In this document: positions 18,766-28,214 of the stretch, piece after piece
Layout: every line of letters begins with the position of its first letter
Numbering within the stretch: the first letter of the stretch is position 1
NCBI GenBank assembly: GCA_046594125.1
Contig: JBKJQD010000138.1
Location: 1 to 61,970 of the forward strand
Source of the DNA: Aestuariivirga sp.
GTDB lineage: Bacteria; Pseudomonadota; Alphaproteobacteria; Rhizobiales; Aestuariivirgaceae
DNA length: 61,970 bases
Direction: 5' to 3'
Made by a program: the position numbers and the translations under genes
Notes under the pieces: generated by a model
Seen by the model: the letters and a program-made list of their open reading frames with translations, nothing else
Databases searched by the model: none
Told to the model about the DNA's origin: nothing

Positions 18766-19599
18766 TCAGGCGGCCCGCAGATCCCGTTCACGCCGAATCA
18801 CTTCCGAGGCCAGCCGGATATAGGCCTGTGAGCCCATGCAGGCATTGTCGTAAAGCAAAACCGGCTTTCCGTAGGACGGGGCTTCAGAAACCCTGACGTT
18901 GCGTGGTATGACAGTTTGATAGACCTTGTCACCCAGCACACTGCGGACATCCGCCGCCACCTGCTCCGAAAGACTGTTCCTCCGGTCGAACATCGTGAGT
19001 ACCACACCTTGTATCGACAGGCGGGGATTGAGATTGGCCTTCACGCGATCCACCGTCTTCAACAACTGGCTGAGACCTTCCAGCGCGAAAAACTCGCACT
19101 GCAAGGGCACCAGGATCGCATCCGCCGCCGAGAGCGAATTGATCGTCAGCAGGTTGAGTGATGGCGGACAGTCGACCAGAATATAGCTGTAAGTCCTCCG
19201 CGGATCTCTCAAGTCTGCCATGGTCCGGATGGCATCGGCCAGCCGGTAGGTCTTGCGGTCAATGGCCGCCAGCTCAAGCTCGGCGCCCAGGAGATCCATG
19301 GTCGAAGGGGCACAGTGCAGCCGGGGAATACCCGATTCGATAATCACGTCGCCCAGACGCGCTTCACCCATCAGGACATGATAGGTCGACTTCTGGCCGC
19401 CACGCCGGGCAATACCGAGGCCCGTACTGGCGTTGCCTTGCGGGTCCAGATCGATGATAAGAACATCCTCACCCACGGCCGCCAAAGCCGTGCCGAGATT
19501 GATCGCTGTCGTGGTCTTGCCCACGCCACCCTTCTGGTTGGCCACGGCCAGAATGCGGGGCGACGCAGCATCGCCCAAACCAAACCTAGCTTCTGACAC
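18766..19599 (-). CDS. parA: Chromosome partitioning ATPase ParA
   Basis: NQKGGVGKTT, DLDPQGNAS, DCPPSL and IPRNV..SEAPS.G motifs. Confidence 0.97.
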   Translation of the reverse strand: MSEARFGLGDAASPRILAVANQKGGVGKTTTAINLGTALAAVGEDVLIIDLDPQGNASTGLGIARRGGQKSTYHVLMGEARLGDVIIESGIPRLHCAPSTMDLLGAELELAAIDRKTYRLADAIRTMADLRDPRRTYSYILVDCPPSLNLLTINSLSAADAILVPLQCEFFALEGLSQLLKTVDRVKANLNPRLSIQGVVLTMFDRRNSLSEQVAADVRSVLGDKVYQTVIPRNVRVSEAPSYGKPVLLYDNACMGSQAYIRLASEVIRRERDLRAA

Positions 19600-20215
19600 G
19601 AATGGCCTCCTTCACCTCGAGAATCACGCCCCGCGAATCAGAGAGGCTCGGGTGTTTGATCGAATTGATTTTCCAGCATTTGGAGGCGGCGGTCAATTCG
19701 CTATCAATATCCAGTCCCTTGTGAAAAAATGCCGGGACGCCCTTCGCCATAAAGGGCTCGGCATAGACGAGAAGCGTCTCCAAGGGTGCGAGCGCCCGCG
19801 CGATAACCGCATCGACCGTTGGCAGGGTGGCGTCCGCAAGTCTTTCCAGACGAACCTGATGAACAAAAGCCTTGGCGCCGGTCCTGCGGATGGCTTCCCG
19901 CAGAAAGGCAATTTTCTTGCCATTGCTCTCGTAAAGATGAACCTCATAACCCCCGGCAATGGCCACCACCAAACCCGGTATTCCCCCGCCCGAACCCAGG
20001 TCGGCCAGCACCCTGGCATTGGCGGGAAGGAGGGGGAGCAACTGCACCGCGTCGAGGATATGGCGCGTCCATAAGGTCTCGACCGTCGATGGCCCAATCA
20101 GGTTGATGCGAGCCTGCCAGGTCAGCAGCAGCGACACATAGTCCTGAAGGCCGCGCAATGATTCACGTGAAACATTGCAAGGGGACAGCAAAGCGCCGAA
20201 GTCCACATCGGGCAT
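19586..20215 (-). CDS. rsmG: 16S rRNA m7G527 methyltransferase (GidB)
   Basis: NL......W.RH..D, DLGSGGG.PG and ARALA motifs; lies between mnmG and parA. Confidence 0.95.
   Translation of the reverse strand: MPDVDFGALLSPCNVSRESLRGLQDYVSLLLTWQARINLIGPSTVETLWTRHILDAVQLLPLLPANARVLADLGSGGGIPGLVVAIAGGYEVHLYESNGKKIAFLREAIRRTGAKAFVHQVRLERLADATLPTVDAVIARALAPLETLLVYAEPFMAKGVPAFFHKGLDIDSELTAASKCWKINSIKHPSLSDSRGVILEVKEAIRVRS
20155..20178. promoter_or_regulatory. parS site (one mismatch) inside the rsmG coding sequence
   Basis: TGATTCACGTGAAACA at 20159-20174 versus consensus TGTTTCACGTGAAACA; the palindrome extends to GCAA...TTGC. Confidence 0.85.
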
Positions 20216-20218
20216 TGG

Positions 20219-22084
20219 TCAGGCCGTTTCCCGCCGCTCTTGACGCTTGACGTGAGACAGGAGGATAGCAAGGGCCGCCGGCGTCATGCCATCGATCCGT
20301 GACGCTTGAGCCAGAGTTGCGGGCTGAACACGAAGCAGTTTCTGCCGGAGTTCCGCCGACAAGCTCGGCATCGCCCCATAGGGCAATCCGGATGGCAGCC
20401 GCAAATCCTCTTCCTTCCGCAAAGCCGCGATCTCGGCATCCTGCCGCTGCAGATAACCCTGATAAAGGGCATCAGCCTCAAGCGCGTCGACAACGAAAAC
20501 CGGAAACGATTGCAGTTCCGGCCATACCGCACAAACGCCGGCATAACCGATTTCGCGCATGGCCATGAGATCATGGGCCGACCGGCGAATTCCGTCCTGG
20601 TTCACCTTGAGCCCAAGCTTCGCCGCCTGCGACGATGTCAAACCAAGCGCCCTGACCTTGGTCCGCGCGTCGGACAGTACTTCCATGCGCCGCTGGTGAA
20701 GCTGGCCCCGTTCCGGCCCTACCAAGCCGAGGTCCATGCCAAGCCCGGTCAATCGCTCGTCAGCATTGTCCGCCCGGAGCGACAGCCGGTACTCGGCCCT
20801 GGAGGTGAACATCCGATAGGGCTCGCTCACGCCACGAGTGACGAGATCATCGATCATCACACCCATGTAAGCCATGGCGCGGTCCAGTATGACCGGGTCC
20901 ATGCCCGCCACCTTGCGCGCCGCATTGAGGCCGGCAATCAGACCCTGGGCTGCCGCTTCCTCGTAGCCCGTGGTGCCGTTGATCTGCCCCGCCAGAAAAA
21001 GGTTCGGCACGCGCTTCACTTCGAGGCTCGCCAACAATTCGCGTGGATCGATATGGTCATACTCGATGGCATAACCCCAGCGCTTGACCACCACATTTTC
21101 GAGCCCGGGTATGCTCCGGAGAAACGCATCCTGAACGTCAATTGGCAGCGACGTCGAGATACCATTCGGATAGATCGTATTGTCGTCCAATCCCTCCGGC
21201 TCCAGAAATATCTGATGCGAACTCCGGTCAGCGAAACGGTTGATCTTGTCTTCGATGGATGGGCAATAGCGCGGACCAACACCTTCGATCTGGCCCGAGT
21301 ACATCGGCGAACGGTGCAGGTTTTCGGCAATGATCTGGTGGGTTGCGGGCGTCGTATGCGTGATGAAGCACGAAACCTGTGGCGTGGTGATCGCCCGGGT
21401 GAGAACCGAAAACGGCACCGGCTGATCGTCACCCTTCTGCTCTTCCAGCAGATGCCAGGCAATAGACGTGCCATCAAGCCGTGCTGGCGTTCCGGTTTTC
21501 AGCCGTCCCAGCTTGAGACCAAGTGCGGCAAGCTCGTCCGAGATACCTGTGGCTGGAGGCTCACCATACCTGCCAGCCGGTATCTTCTGTTCGCCAATAT
21601 GGATCAGTCCGTTGAGGAAGGTCCCGGTCGTCAACACCACTGCGCCAGCATGGATCACCCGTCCATCACCACAGACGATACCGGCGAGGCGACCACCCGT
21701 CATGTGAAGCCCGGTGGCCGAAGCTTCGATCACCGTAAGATTGGCGTGACCGCGAATCTCGTCCTGCATTGTCGACCGGTAAATAGCGCGATCCGCTTGG
21801 GCGCGAGGTCCACGCACTGCCGGACCCTTTGATCGGTTGAGCAGCCGGAACTGAATGCCGGCCCGGTCCGCCACGCGGCCCATCAAGCCATCGAGTGCGT
21901 CAATCTCCCGGACGAGATGGCCTTTTCCCAATCCACCGATTGCCGGATTGCACGACATCTCGCCGATAGTTGCAAAAGAGTTGGTAAGCAGAACCGTCCG
22001 CGCGCCCACGCGCGCCGAAGCACTGGCCGCTTCCACACCAGCATGTCCGCCACCAACGACAATGATATCAAAGTGATTGTTCAT
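20219..22084 (-). CDS. mnmG: tRNA uridine-5-carboxymethylaminomethyl modification enzyme (GidA)
   Basis: [28 protein letters not shown] and [16 protein letters not shown] motifs. Confidence 0.98.
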   Translation of the reverse strand: MNNHFDIIVVGGGHAGVEAASASARVGARTVLLTNSFATIGEMSCNPAIGGLGKGHLVREIDALDGLMGRVADRAGIQFRLLNRSKGPAVRGPRAQADRAIYRSTMQDEIRGHANLTVIEASATGLHMTGGRLAGIVCGDGRVIHAGAVVLTTGTFLNGLIHIGEQKIPAGRYGEPPATGISDELAALGLKLGRLKTGTPARLDGTSIAWHLLEEQKGDDQPVPFSVLTRAITTPQVSCFITHTTPATHQIIAENLHRSPMYSGQIEGVGPRYCPSIEDKINRFADRSSHQIFLEPEGLDDNTIYPNGISTSLPIDVQDAFLRSIPGLENVVVKRWGYAIEYDHIDPRELLASLEVKRVPNLFLAGQINGTTGYEEAAAQGLIAGLNAARKVAGMDPVILDRAMAYMGVMIDDLVTRGVSEPYRMFTSRAEYRLSLRADNADERLTGLGMDLGLVGPERGQLHQRRMEVLSDARTKVRALGLTSSQAAKLGLKVNQDGIRRSAHDLMAMREIGYAGVCAVWPELQSFPVFVVDALEADALYQGYLQRQDAEIAALRKEEDLRLPSGLPYGAMPSLSAELRQKLLRVQPATLAQASRIDGMTPAALAILLSHVKRQERRETA

Positions 22085-22126
22085 GGGCGTCTCATAGTTC
22101 AAAGCATGAATTCGGTCAAAGCCTCA

Positions 22127-22148
22127 GACTGTTTCACGTGAAACAGTC
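22127..22148. promoter_or_regulatory. parS site (perfect)
   Basis: GACTGTTTCACGTGAAACAGTC, a perfect 22-bp palindrome containing the canonical 16-mer, between mnmE and mnmG. Confidence 0.95.
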
Positions 22149-22149
22149 G

Positions 22150-23487
22150 CTATTTTCCAATGCAGAAGCGGCTGAAAATATCGCCCAGCCAATCCTCGAC
22201 GCCAATCCGCCCGGTGATCCGCGCCAGACAATCGGCGGAACTTCGCAACCGAGCCGCCAATAACTCCGGATACTGAAAGTCCGTGCCCTGACATTCGTTA
22301 AGGTACCGAATCGAATCGGTTATCGCCACGCGCTGCCGGTCGCGGACCACCACCGCCTGCTCGGCCCTACCAAACTTCGATTGTACAAGACCTGTCAGAC
22401 GGTCAACCACCTCATCAAGGCCAAAACCCGATTTCGCAGAAACCAGCATCGCCCCTCCATCCCCGGATAGGGGTGATCGAGCGGCTTCCACCAAATCCGA
22501 TTTGTTTCTCAGCCACAGGTCAACAAGCACCCCGTCATCGGCGGCATGACTTTCAGCAACGTCGTCAGAACTCACCCAAACCACAACATCGGCTTGACCG
22601 ATTTCCCGGTATGTCCGCACAATCCCCAACTGTTCAATGATGTCACCCGACCCAGATCGCAATCCCGCCGTGTCCGCCAGCAGAACCGGCATACCACCAA
22701 GATCGATTTGCACTTCGATCACATCGCGGGTCGTACCCGGTATGGCCGACACGATAGCCGCATCGCGCCGCGACAGAGCGTTCAGCAGCGACGATTTCCC
22801 GGTGTTGGGCTTCCCGGCCAGCACGACCTTCACACCCTCACGAATGGCTCGCGCGTTCGCGCCCTGACGAAGCGAATCCTCCATCAGGCGAACCAGACTG
22901 CCCAATTCATGCGAAAAGCCCTGCGCCGCGGAATCAGAAACGCCCTCTTCCTCAGAGAAATCAACCGACGCCTCAACCAGCGCAATCAATGAAATAAGTC
23001 TGTTCCGCCAATCTTCAAAGACCGCACTGGCACGGCCATCAAACTGGCCCATCGCCTGCCGCCACTGGCTCCTGGTGCGCGCCTCGAGCAAATCAGCCAG
23101 ACCCTCGACCTCAACGAGATCCATCTTCCCGTTCGCATAAGCCCGCCGCGAAAACTCGCCGGGCTCGGCGGGCCGCACGCCATCGAACCCGGAAAACACT
23201 TCAAACAAGACAGCGAGGACTGCTTCACTCCCGTGGACATGAAATTCCGCGATATCTTCTCCGGTCGCGGAGTTCGGAGCCGGGCACCAAACGGCCACTC
23301 CCCGGTCGATAACTTCGCCAGCACCCGGAATCTTGAATGTGACGAAGGCGAACTCCCGTACACCGGGAAACTTCGATGCCACGCCGCGCAACACCGGCCC
23401 AGACCGCGGACCTGACATGCGAACGACCGCGATGCCGGCCCTACCTCCACCGCTCGACAGGGCATAGATGGTATCGGCCGATATCAT
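22150..23487 (-). CDS. mnmE: tRNA modification GTPase MnmE (TrmE)
   Basis: TIYALSS, TGED..E...HG, GKPNTGKSS, GTTRD, DTAG, NK.D and FCIGK motifs. Confidence 0.97.
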   Translation of the reverse strand: MISADTIYALSSGGGRAGIAVVRMSGPRSGPVLRGVASKFPGVREFAFVTFKIPGAGEVIDRGVAVWCPAPNSATGEDIAEFHVHGSEAVLAVLFEVFSGFDGVRPAEPGEFSRRAYANGKMDLVEVEGLADLLEARTRSQWRQAMGQFDGRASAVFEDWRNRLISLIALVEASVDFSEEEGVSDSAAQGFSHELGSLVRLMEDSLRQGANARAIREGVKVVLAGKPNTGKSSLLNALSRRDAAIVSAIPGTTRDVIEVQIDLGGMPVLLADTAGLRSGSGDIIEQLGIVRTYREIGQADVVVWVSSDDVAESHAADDGVLVDLWLRNKSDLVEAARSPLSGDGGAMLVSAKSGFGLDEVVDRLTGLVQSKFGRAEQAVVVRDRQRVAITDSIRYLNECQGTDFQYPELLAARLRSSADCLARITGRIGVEDWLGDIFSRFCIGK

Positions 23488-23545
23488 TTCGAGTCCGAAT
23501 CGTTCACCGTGGCCCAAACCCGTCAGTACGAGCCAAGCCCGTACC

Positions 23546-24829
23546 TCAGGCGTTCATCGAATCGAAGAAGTCCCCATTGGTCTTCGTCTGCCGCAGCTTG
23601 TCCAACAGGAACTCGACCGCATCGACAGTGCCCATCGGGTTGAGGATCCGGCGCAACACGTAGGTCTTCTTCAACAAGTCAGGCTTGACCAGCAACTCTT
23701 CCTTGCGGGTGCCAGACCGCAGAATATCGATAGCCGGGAAGACGCGCTTGTCGGCAACCTTGCGGTCCAGAATGATTTCCGAATTGCCCGTACCCTTGAA
23801 CTCTTCGAAAATCACCTCGTCCATGCGGCTGCCGGTATCGATCAGCGCCGTGGCGATGATCGTCAGCGAACCACCCTCTTCAATATTTCTGGCAGCACCA
23901 AAAAACCGCTTGGGCCGCTGTAGCGCATTGGCATCCACACCACCGGTCAGCACTTTGCCGGACGACGGCACGACTGTGTTGTAGGCCCTACCTAGACGCG
24001 TGATCGAATCCAGAAGTATGACCACGTCCCGGCCATGCTCCACCAGGCGCTTGGCCTTCTCAATCACCATTTCGGCGACCTGAACATGGCGTGCGGCTGG
24101 CTCGTCGAATGTCGAACTGATGACCTCGCCCTTCACCGAGCGCCGCATGTCGGTCACTTCTTCGGGCCGCTCATCGATCAACAGCACGATGAGATAGCAC
24201 TCCGGGTGATTGGCGCTGATCGAATGCGCGATATTCTGGAGCAGCACCGTCTTGCCGGTGCGCGGCGGCGCCACGATCAGGCCACGCTGGCCCTTGCCCA
24301 ATGGTGCGACGATGTCGATGACCCGCGGCGAGAAATCCTTGCGCGTCGGATCGCTAATTTCCATCTCCAGCCGCTTGTCGGGATAGAGCGGCGTCAGATT
24401 GTCGAAATGAACCTTGTGGCGCGCCTTCTCGGGATCTTCAAAGTTGATGGTGTTGACCTTGACCAGGGCGAAATAACGCTCGCCGTCCTTCGGGCTTCTG
24501 GTCTGGCCTTCAACCGTATCTCCGGTGCGCAGCGTAAACTTCCGGATCTGGCTCGGGCTGACGTAGATATCGTCAGGCCCCGCCAGATAATTGGCATCCG
24601 GCGAGCGCAGAAAACCAAAGCCGTCCTGCAGGACTTCCACGACACCTTCGCCGATAATCTCGACATCACGTGCCGCCAAATTCTTCAAGATCGTAAACAT
24701 CAGCTCTTGCTTACGCAACGCGCTAGCGTTCTCGACCTCTAATTCTTCCGCCAAGCTCACCAGTTCAGCCGGGGACTTAAGCTTCAAATCCTGAAGCTTG
24801 ACTTCCTTCAATTCAGAAATATTCGTCAT
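23546..24829 (-). CDS. rho: Transcription termination factor Rho
   Basis: [28 protein letters not shown] and EEFKGTGN motifs. Confidence 0.98.
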   Translation of the reverse strand: MTNISELKEVKLQDLKLKSPAELVSLAEELEVENASALRKQELMFTILKNLAARDVEIIGEGVVEVLQDGFGFLRSPDANYLAGPDDIYVSPSQIRKFTLRTGDTVEGQTRSPKDGERYFALVKVNTINFEDPEKARHKVHFDNLTPLYPDKRLEMEISDPTRKDFSPRVIDIVAPLGKGQRGLIVAPPRTGKTVLLQNIAHSISANHPECYLIVLLIDERPEEVTDMRRSVKGEVISSTFDEPAARHVQVAEMVIEKAKRLVEHGRDVVILLDSITRLGRAYNTVVPSSGKVLTGGVDANALQRPKRFFGAARNIEEGGSLTIIATALIDTGSRMDEVIFEEFKGTGNSEIILDRKVADKRVFPAIDILRSGTRKEELLVKPDLLKKTYVLRRILNPMGTVDAVEFLLDKLRQTKTNGDFFDSMNA

Positions 24830-24961
24830 CAATTACACTATGTGTTTGCTGGGAAACGGGCCGCCAACCCCTAAGAGGAGAATTCCATGACACGCCGCAG
24901 GCGATTTGGAGCGGCGAGAAACTCCATATAGCAACTCCAGCCCCAAGCGCCAATCAAAACT

Positions 24962-25399
24962 TCAAAACGGCTTGACCACGGCCAATATGACGATCCCCAG
25001 CAGCAGCACGGTAGGAATCTCGTTGATCACCCGGAAATAGCGCGACGGCCTCCGCCGCAGATCGCGCGCAAACTGCCTGGTATGGATTTCCAGCAGCCCA
25101 TGAAACCCAGCCAGCGCCGCGACCAGCAAGAGCTTCGCCCACAGCCAATTATTGCCCGGCCCGGTCCATCCACCCGCCCCAACGCAAACCGCCCCAAGCA
25201 GCAGCGCTGCCAAGGCAGCAGGTCTCATGATCGCCAGCAACAGACGCCGCTCCATCGTCTTGAACACCTCCGATGTCTCGCCACCCACGGCCGCATCGGC
25301 ATGGTAGACAAACAGCCGGGGCAGATAGAACAATCCCGCCATCCAGGCGATCACCGCAACGACGTGGCCAGCCTTGAACCACAGATAATACTGATCCAT
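24962..25399 (-). CDS. hemJ: Protoporphyrinogen oxidase HemJ
   Basis: K..H...I.WMAGL.YLPRLFVYH, MERRL, NE.PT and VKPF motifs; TGATG overlap with hemE. Confidence 0.95.
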   Translation of the reverse strand: MDQYYLWFKAGHVVAVIAWMAGLFYLPRLFVYHADAAVGGETSEVFKTMERRLLLAIMRPAALAALLLGAVCVGAGGWTGPGNNWLWAKLLLVAALAGFHGLLEIHTRQFARDLRRRPSRYFRVINEIPTVLLLGIVILAVVKPF

Positions 25400-26427
25400 C
25401 AAGCGTCCCACCTGCGAATCGTATCTATAACCTTGGCGATCCTTGCCGGATCGGTCCCCGGCCTTATTCCGTGGCCTAGATTGAAAATATGCCGCGATTT
25501 ATCAATTGCCCCGGCGACCATTTCCACTTCGCGGCACATCATGGTCTCGGGAGCCATCAGGGCCAGGGGGTCAAGATTACCCTGAACCACAACCTTGCGT
25601 GAAAGATTCCCTGCTGCCCAGCCCATCGGCAACTCCGCCTCGATTCCCACCGCCTCACAGCCACAGCTAGCTGCCAGATCAATGTGGCGGACTCCCAGCC
25701 CGCGGCCAAAAACAATGACCGGCACCTCGGGATGCAACGACTTCAAGGCCTTCACCATCCGCGTCAATGGTTCGATCACATAGCGCAACGTCAGACTGCC
25801 TGTCAGTTCCCCCGCCCATGAATCGAATATTTGTACGGCTTCGGCTCCCGCCCTGATCTGCCCGGACAAGTAGGTGACCGACTCGGCCACCAACCGGTCA
25901 ATGAGCTGCTGAAACCAATCTTCGCCGCCAGAGGCCGCCGCTCTTGCCAGCACCCGGTCCGAGCTGCGGCCCTCGATCATATAGCTCGCCACCGTCCACG
26001 GCGCCCCACAGAAACCGATGAGCGTCACATTCTCCGGCAATGACGCATGCACCCGCTTCACGGTTTCATAGATACTCGCACACTCAATGCTCTCATCGAC
26101 AGCCCGAAGCCGGGCCACCGCCGCCAAATCCCTGACCGTTTCCAGCACCGGTCCCTCCCCCTCCTCAAAGCGGACTCCAAGCCCCATGGCATGCGGCACC
26201 ACCAGAATATCGGCAAAGACAATAGCCCCATCCAGATCAAATCGCCGCAAGGGCTGAAGCGTCACCTCGCAGGCCAGTTCCGGATTGTAGCAGAGTTCAA
26301 GAAACGACCCGGCTTTCTCGCGGACAGCTCGATACTCCGGCAGATAGCGCCCCGCCTGGCGCATGAACCAAACCGGCCTGCGCTGGGGGTTCGTACCACT
26401 CAGAACGTCCATCAATGCCTTGCTCAT
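25399..26427 (-). CDS. hemE: Uroporphyrinogen decarboxylase
   Basis: W.MRQAGRYLPEYR, GAPWT..SY, FDSW, QGNLDP and FNLGHG motifs. Confidence 0.97.
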   Translation of the reverse strand: MSKALMDVLSGTNPQRRPVWFMRQAGRYLPEYRAVREKAGSFLELCYNPELACEVTLQPLRRFDLDGAIVFADILVVPHAMGLGVRFEEGEGPVLETVRDLAAVARLRAVDESIECASIYETVKRVHASLPENVTLIGFCGAPWTVASYMIEGRSSDRVLARAAASGGEDWFQQLIDRLVAESVTYLSGQIRAGAEAVQIFDSWAGELTGSLTLRYVIEPLTRMVKALKSLHPEVPVIVFGRGLGVRHIDLAASCGCEAVGIEAELPMGWAAGNLSRKVVVQGNLDPLALMAPETMMCREVEMVAGAIDKSRHIFNLGHGIRPGTDPARIAKVIDTIRRWDA

Positions 26428-26790
26428 TATGTCAGTCCTTCAAACCTTAATAATCTTAGAGATTCTTCTTTTGTTGAAGTAGAACACCCGGGAACGGGAT
26501 AAGCCATAAATCCTGCCGCCGTCCACAGATCACCCATCCCACACTCGAAAGTGCTGAATCCACCAAAAAAACCTTCATATTTTACTACAATTTAACAATA
26601 TCTTAAGAACTTCGTGCCGTGCCACCGTGGCATTTCTCCAAACTTCTCCACAGGACGCCGCAATCACCGTTAAATCCCGCAGTTCCAACTCTGATTAGCA
26701 ACTGTGAATAAGTCCGGCCAGGGAACCGCCGAATTTCCGGCGGGACAGGCAGCATGCTACAATCTCCACAAACCTTCCACAGGCTCTCCC
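26428..26790. other. Chromosomal replication origin (oriC), putative
   Basis: Non-coding gap upstream of hemE, the conserved alphaproteobacterial origin position. DnaA-box-like TGTGAATAA (26703-26711), TTCTCCACA (26644-26652), TTCTCCAAA (26634-26642) and ATCTCCACA (26762-26770); AT-rich tracts; GANTC at 26461 and 26556; parS/parAB nearby. Confidence 0.85.
26592..26606. promoter_or_regulatory. CtrA binding site
   Basis: TTAA-CAATATC-TTAA, an exact TTAA-N7-TTAA within the AT-rich origin tract. Confidence 0.7.
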
Positions 26791-27630
26791 ATGTCACAAC
26801 GGACCAAACAACGCTACTTCCACATGCATCTCATTTCCGATGCAACCGGCGAAACCCTTAATACCGTGGCCCGCGCCGCTACCGCGCAATATGCCGAATA
26901 CCGGCCGATCGAACATATCTATGCGCTGATCCGCACGCCCAAACAGCTCAATCGTGTCCTGGAGGACATCGAGCGCGAACCGGGAATCGTATTGTTCACC
27001 ATCATCGCACCCGAGTTGCGCCAACAGCTTGAGGCGCGCTGCAACACCCTGTCGCTTCCCTGCATTTCGATTCTTGATCCCGTCATCGCCAGCCTGGCGC
27101 AATATCTCAACGCCCAGTCAACACCGTTGATCGGCGGTCAACATGTGCTGAATGCCGATTACTTCCGGCGCATCGAAGCGGTCAATTTTGCCATGGTCCA
27201 CGACGATGGCCAGAATGCTGCGGGCCTGGACAAGGCTGATGTGATCATATTGGGCATAAGCCGGACGTCGAAGACACCGACTTCCATTTATCTGGCGCAG
27301 CGCGGCATCAAGGCCGCCAATATCCCGGTTGTTCCCGGCGCGTCTCTCCCCAACGGTCTTGGCGATATGAAACACCCGATCATCGTTGGCCTCACCGCAT
27401 CGGCCGATCGTATCGCCCAGATACGCCGGCATCGATTACTGGCCCTCAATGAAGCGCGAAGTTCTGACTATGCCGATCCGCGCCATATCACCGCGGAGAT
27501 TCTCCAGATGAAAAAAATATGTGCCGACAATGACTGGCCGCTGATCGACGTGACCCGGCGTTCCGTCGAAGAGACAGCCGCCTCGATCATTAATCTCCTC
27601 ACCGATCACCAGAAATCCTCAACTCGATGA
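26791..27630 (+). CDS. Pyruvate,phosphate/water dikinase regulatory protein (kinase/pyrophosphorylase, DUF299)
   Basis: ISDATGET, YF.RI.A..F...HDDG, G.SRTSKTPTS.YLA and SVEETA motifs. Confidence 0.95.
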   Translation: MSQRTKQRYFHMHLISDATGETLNTVARAATAQYAEYRPIEHIYALIRTPKQLNRVLEDIEREPGIVLFTIIAPELRQQLEARCNTLSLPCISILDPVIASLAQYLNAQSTPLIGGQHVLNADYFRRIEAVNFAMVHDDGQNAAGLDKADVIILGISRTSKTPTSIYLAQRGIKAANIPVVPGASLPNGLGDMKHPIIVGLTASADRIAQIRRHRLLALNEARSSDYADPRHITAEILQMKKICADNDWPLIDVTRRSVEETAASIINLLTDHQKSSTR

Positions 27631-28214
27631 CCATCCGTCTCGCCTCGACAAGTCCAACCAGGCTGAAGCTCCTGCTTGATTGCGGCCTCTCACTTTCGGC
27701 AACCGATTCCAGGGTAGACGAGCGCGCTCTGATGGCCGCTAACCCGTCATGGACGCCAGCGCAGACCGCGCGGCACTTGGCTGAAGCCAAGGCGCAAAGT
27801 GTTTCAGCCCGCCATCCAAACGATATCGTCATCGGTGCCGATCAGGTTCTTTCCTTTCAGAACAGAGTCTTCTCCAAACCAACATCGCGTGAGAATTGCC
27901 GCCAGCAATTGACGGACCTCAGAGGCAAGGACCACGCTCTTGTTTCCTCCGTGTGCTGTGTTTTGGCTGGCAATCTTATCTGGGCCCACACCGGCACCGC
28001 CACTTTGACGATGAGGAATTTCAGCGACGAATTTCTCGACGATTATCTCGATGCCGTCGGGACGGACTGCCTCAGCTCCGTCGGTGGCTACAAGATCGAG
28101 TCACGGGGAATTCAGTTGTTCGAAAAAATCACCGGCGATCACTCCACGATTCTCGGCTTGCCTCTATTGCCGTTGCTGTCCTTCCTGCGCTCGGTGAATG
28201 AGATACCGCAATGA
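27627..28214 (+). CDS. maf: Maf-family nucleotide pyrophosphatase
   Basis: LAS.SP.R, VDE, LA..KA, GADQ, KP, G.Y.IE..G and GLPL motifs. Confidence 0.92.
   Translation: MTIRLASTSPTRLKLLLDCGLSLSATDSRVDERALMAANPSWTPAQTARHLAEAKAQSVSARHPNDIVIGADQVLSFQNRVFSKPTSRENCRQQLTDLRGKDHALVSSVCCVLAGNLIWAHTGTATLTMRNFSDEFLDDYLDAVGTDCLSSVGGYKIESRGIQLFEKITGDHSTILGLPLLPLLSFLRSVNEIPQ

Noticed and set aside
20306-21832. 508-aa plus-strand ORF antisense to mnmG, and similar long shadow ORFs (522-1685, 6600-7541, 40943-41941, 51974-53074, 61095-61871)
   Set aside because: They lie opposite well-conserved genes, have no recognisable motifs, and are expected from the scarcity of antisense stop codons in GC-rich coding DNA.
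26482-26495. GAAC-N6-GAAC in the origin as an alphaproteobacterial LexA box
   Set aside because: The spacer is 6 rather than 7 bp. I also saw no GTTC-N7-GTTC upstream of the repair genes.
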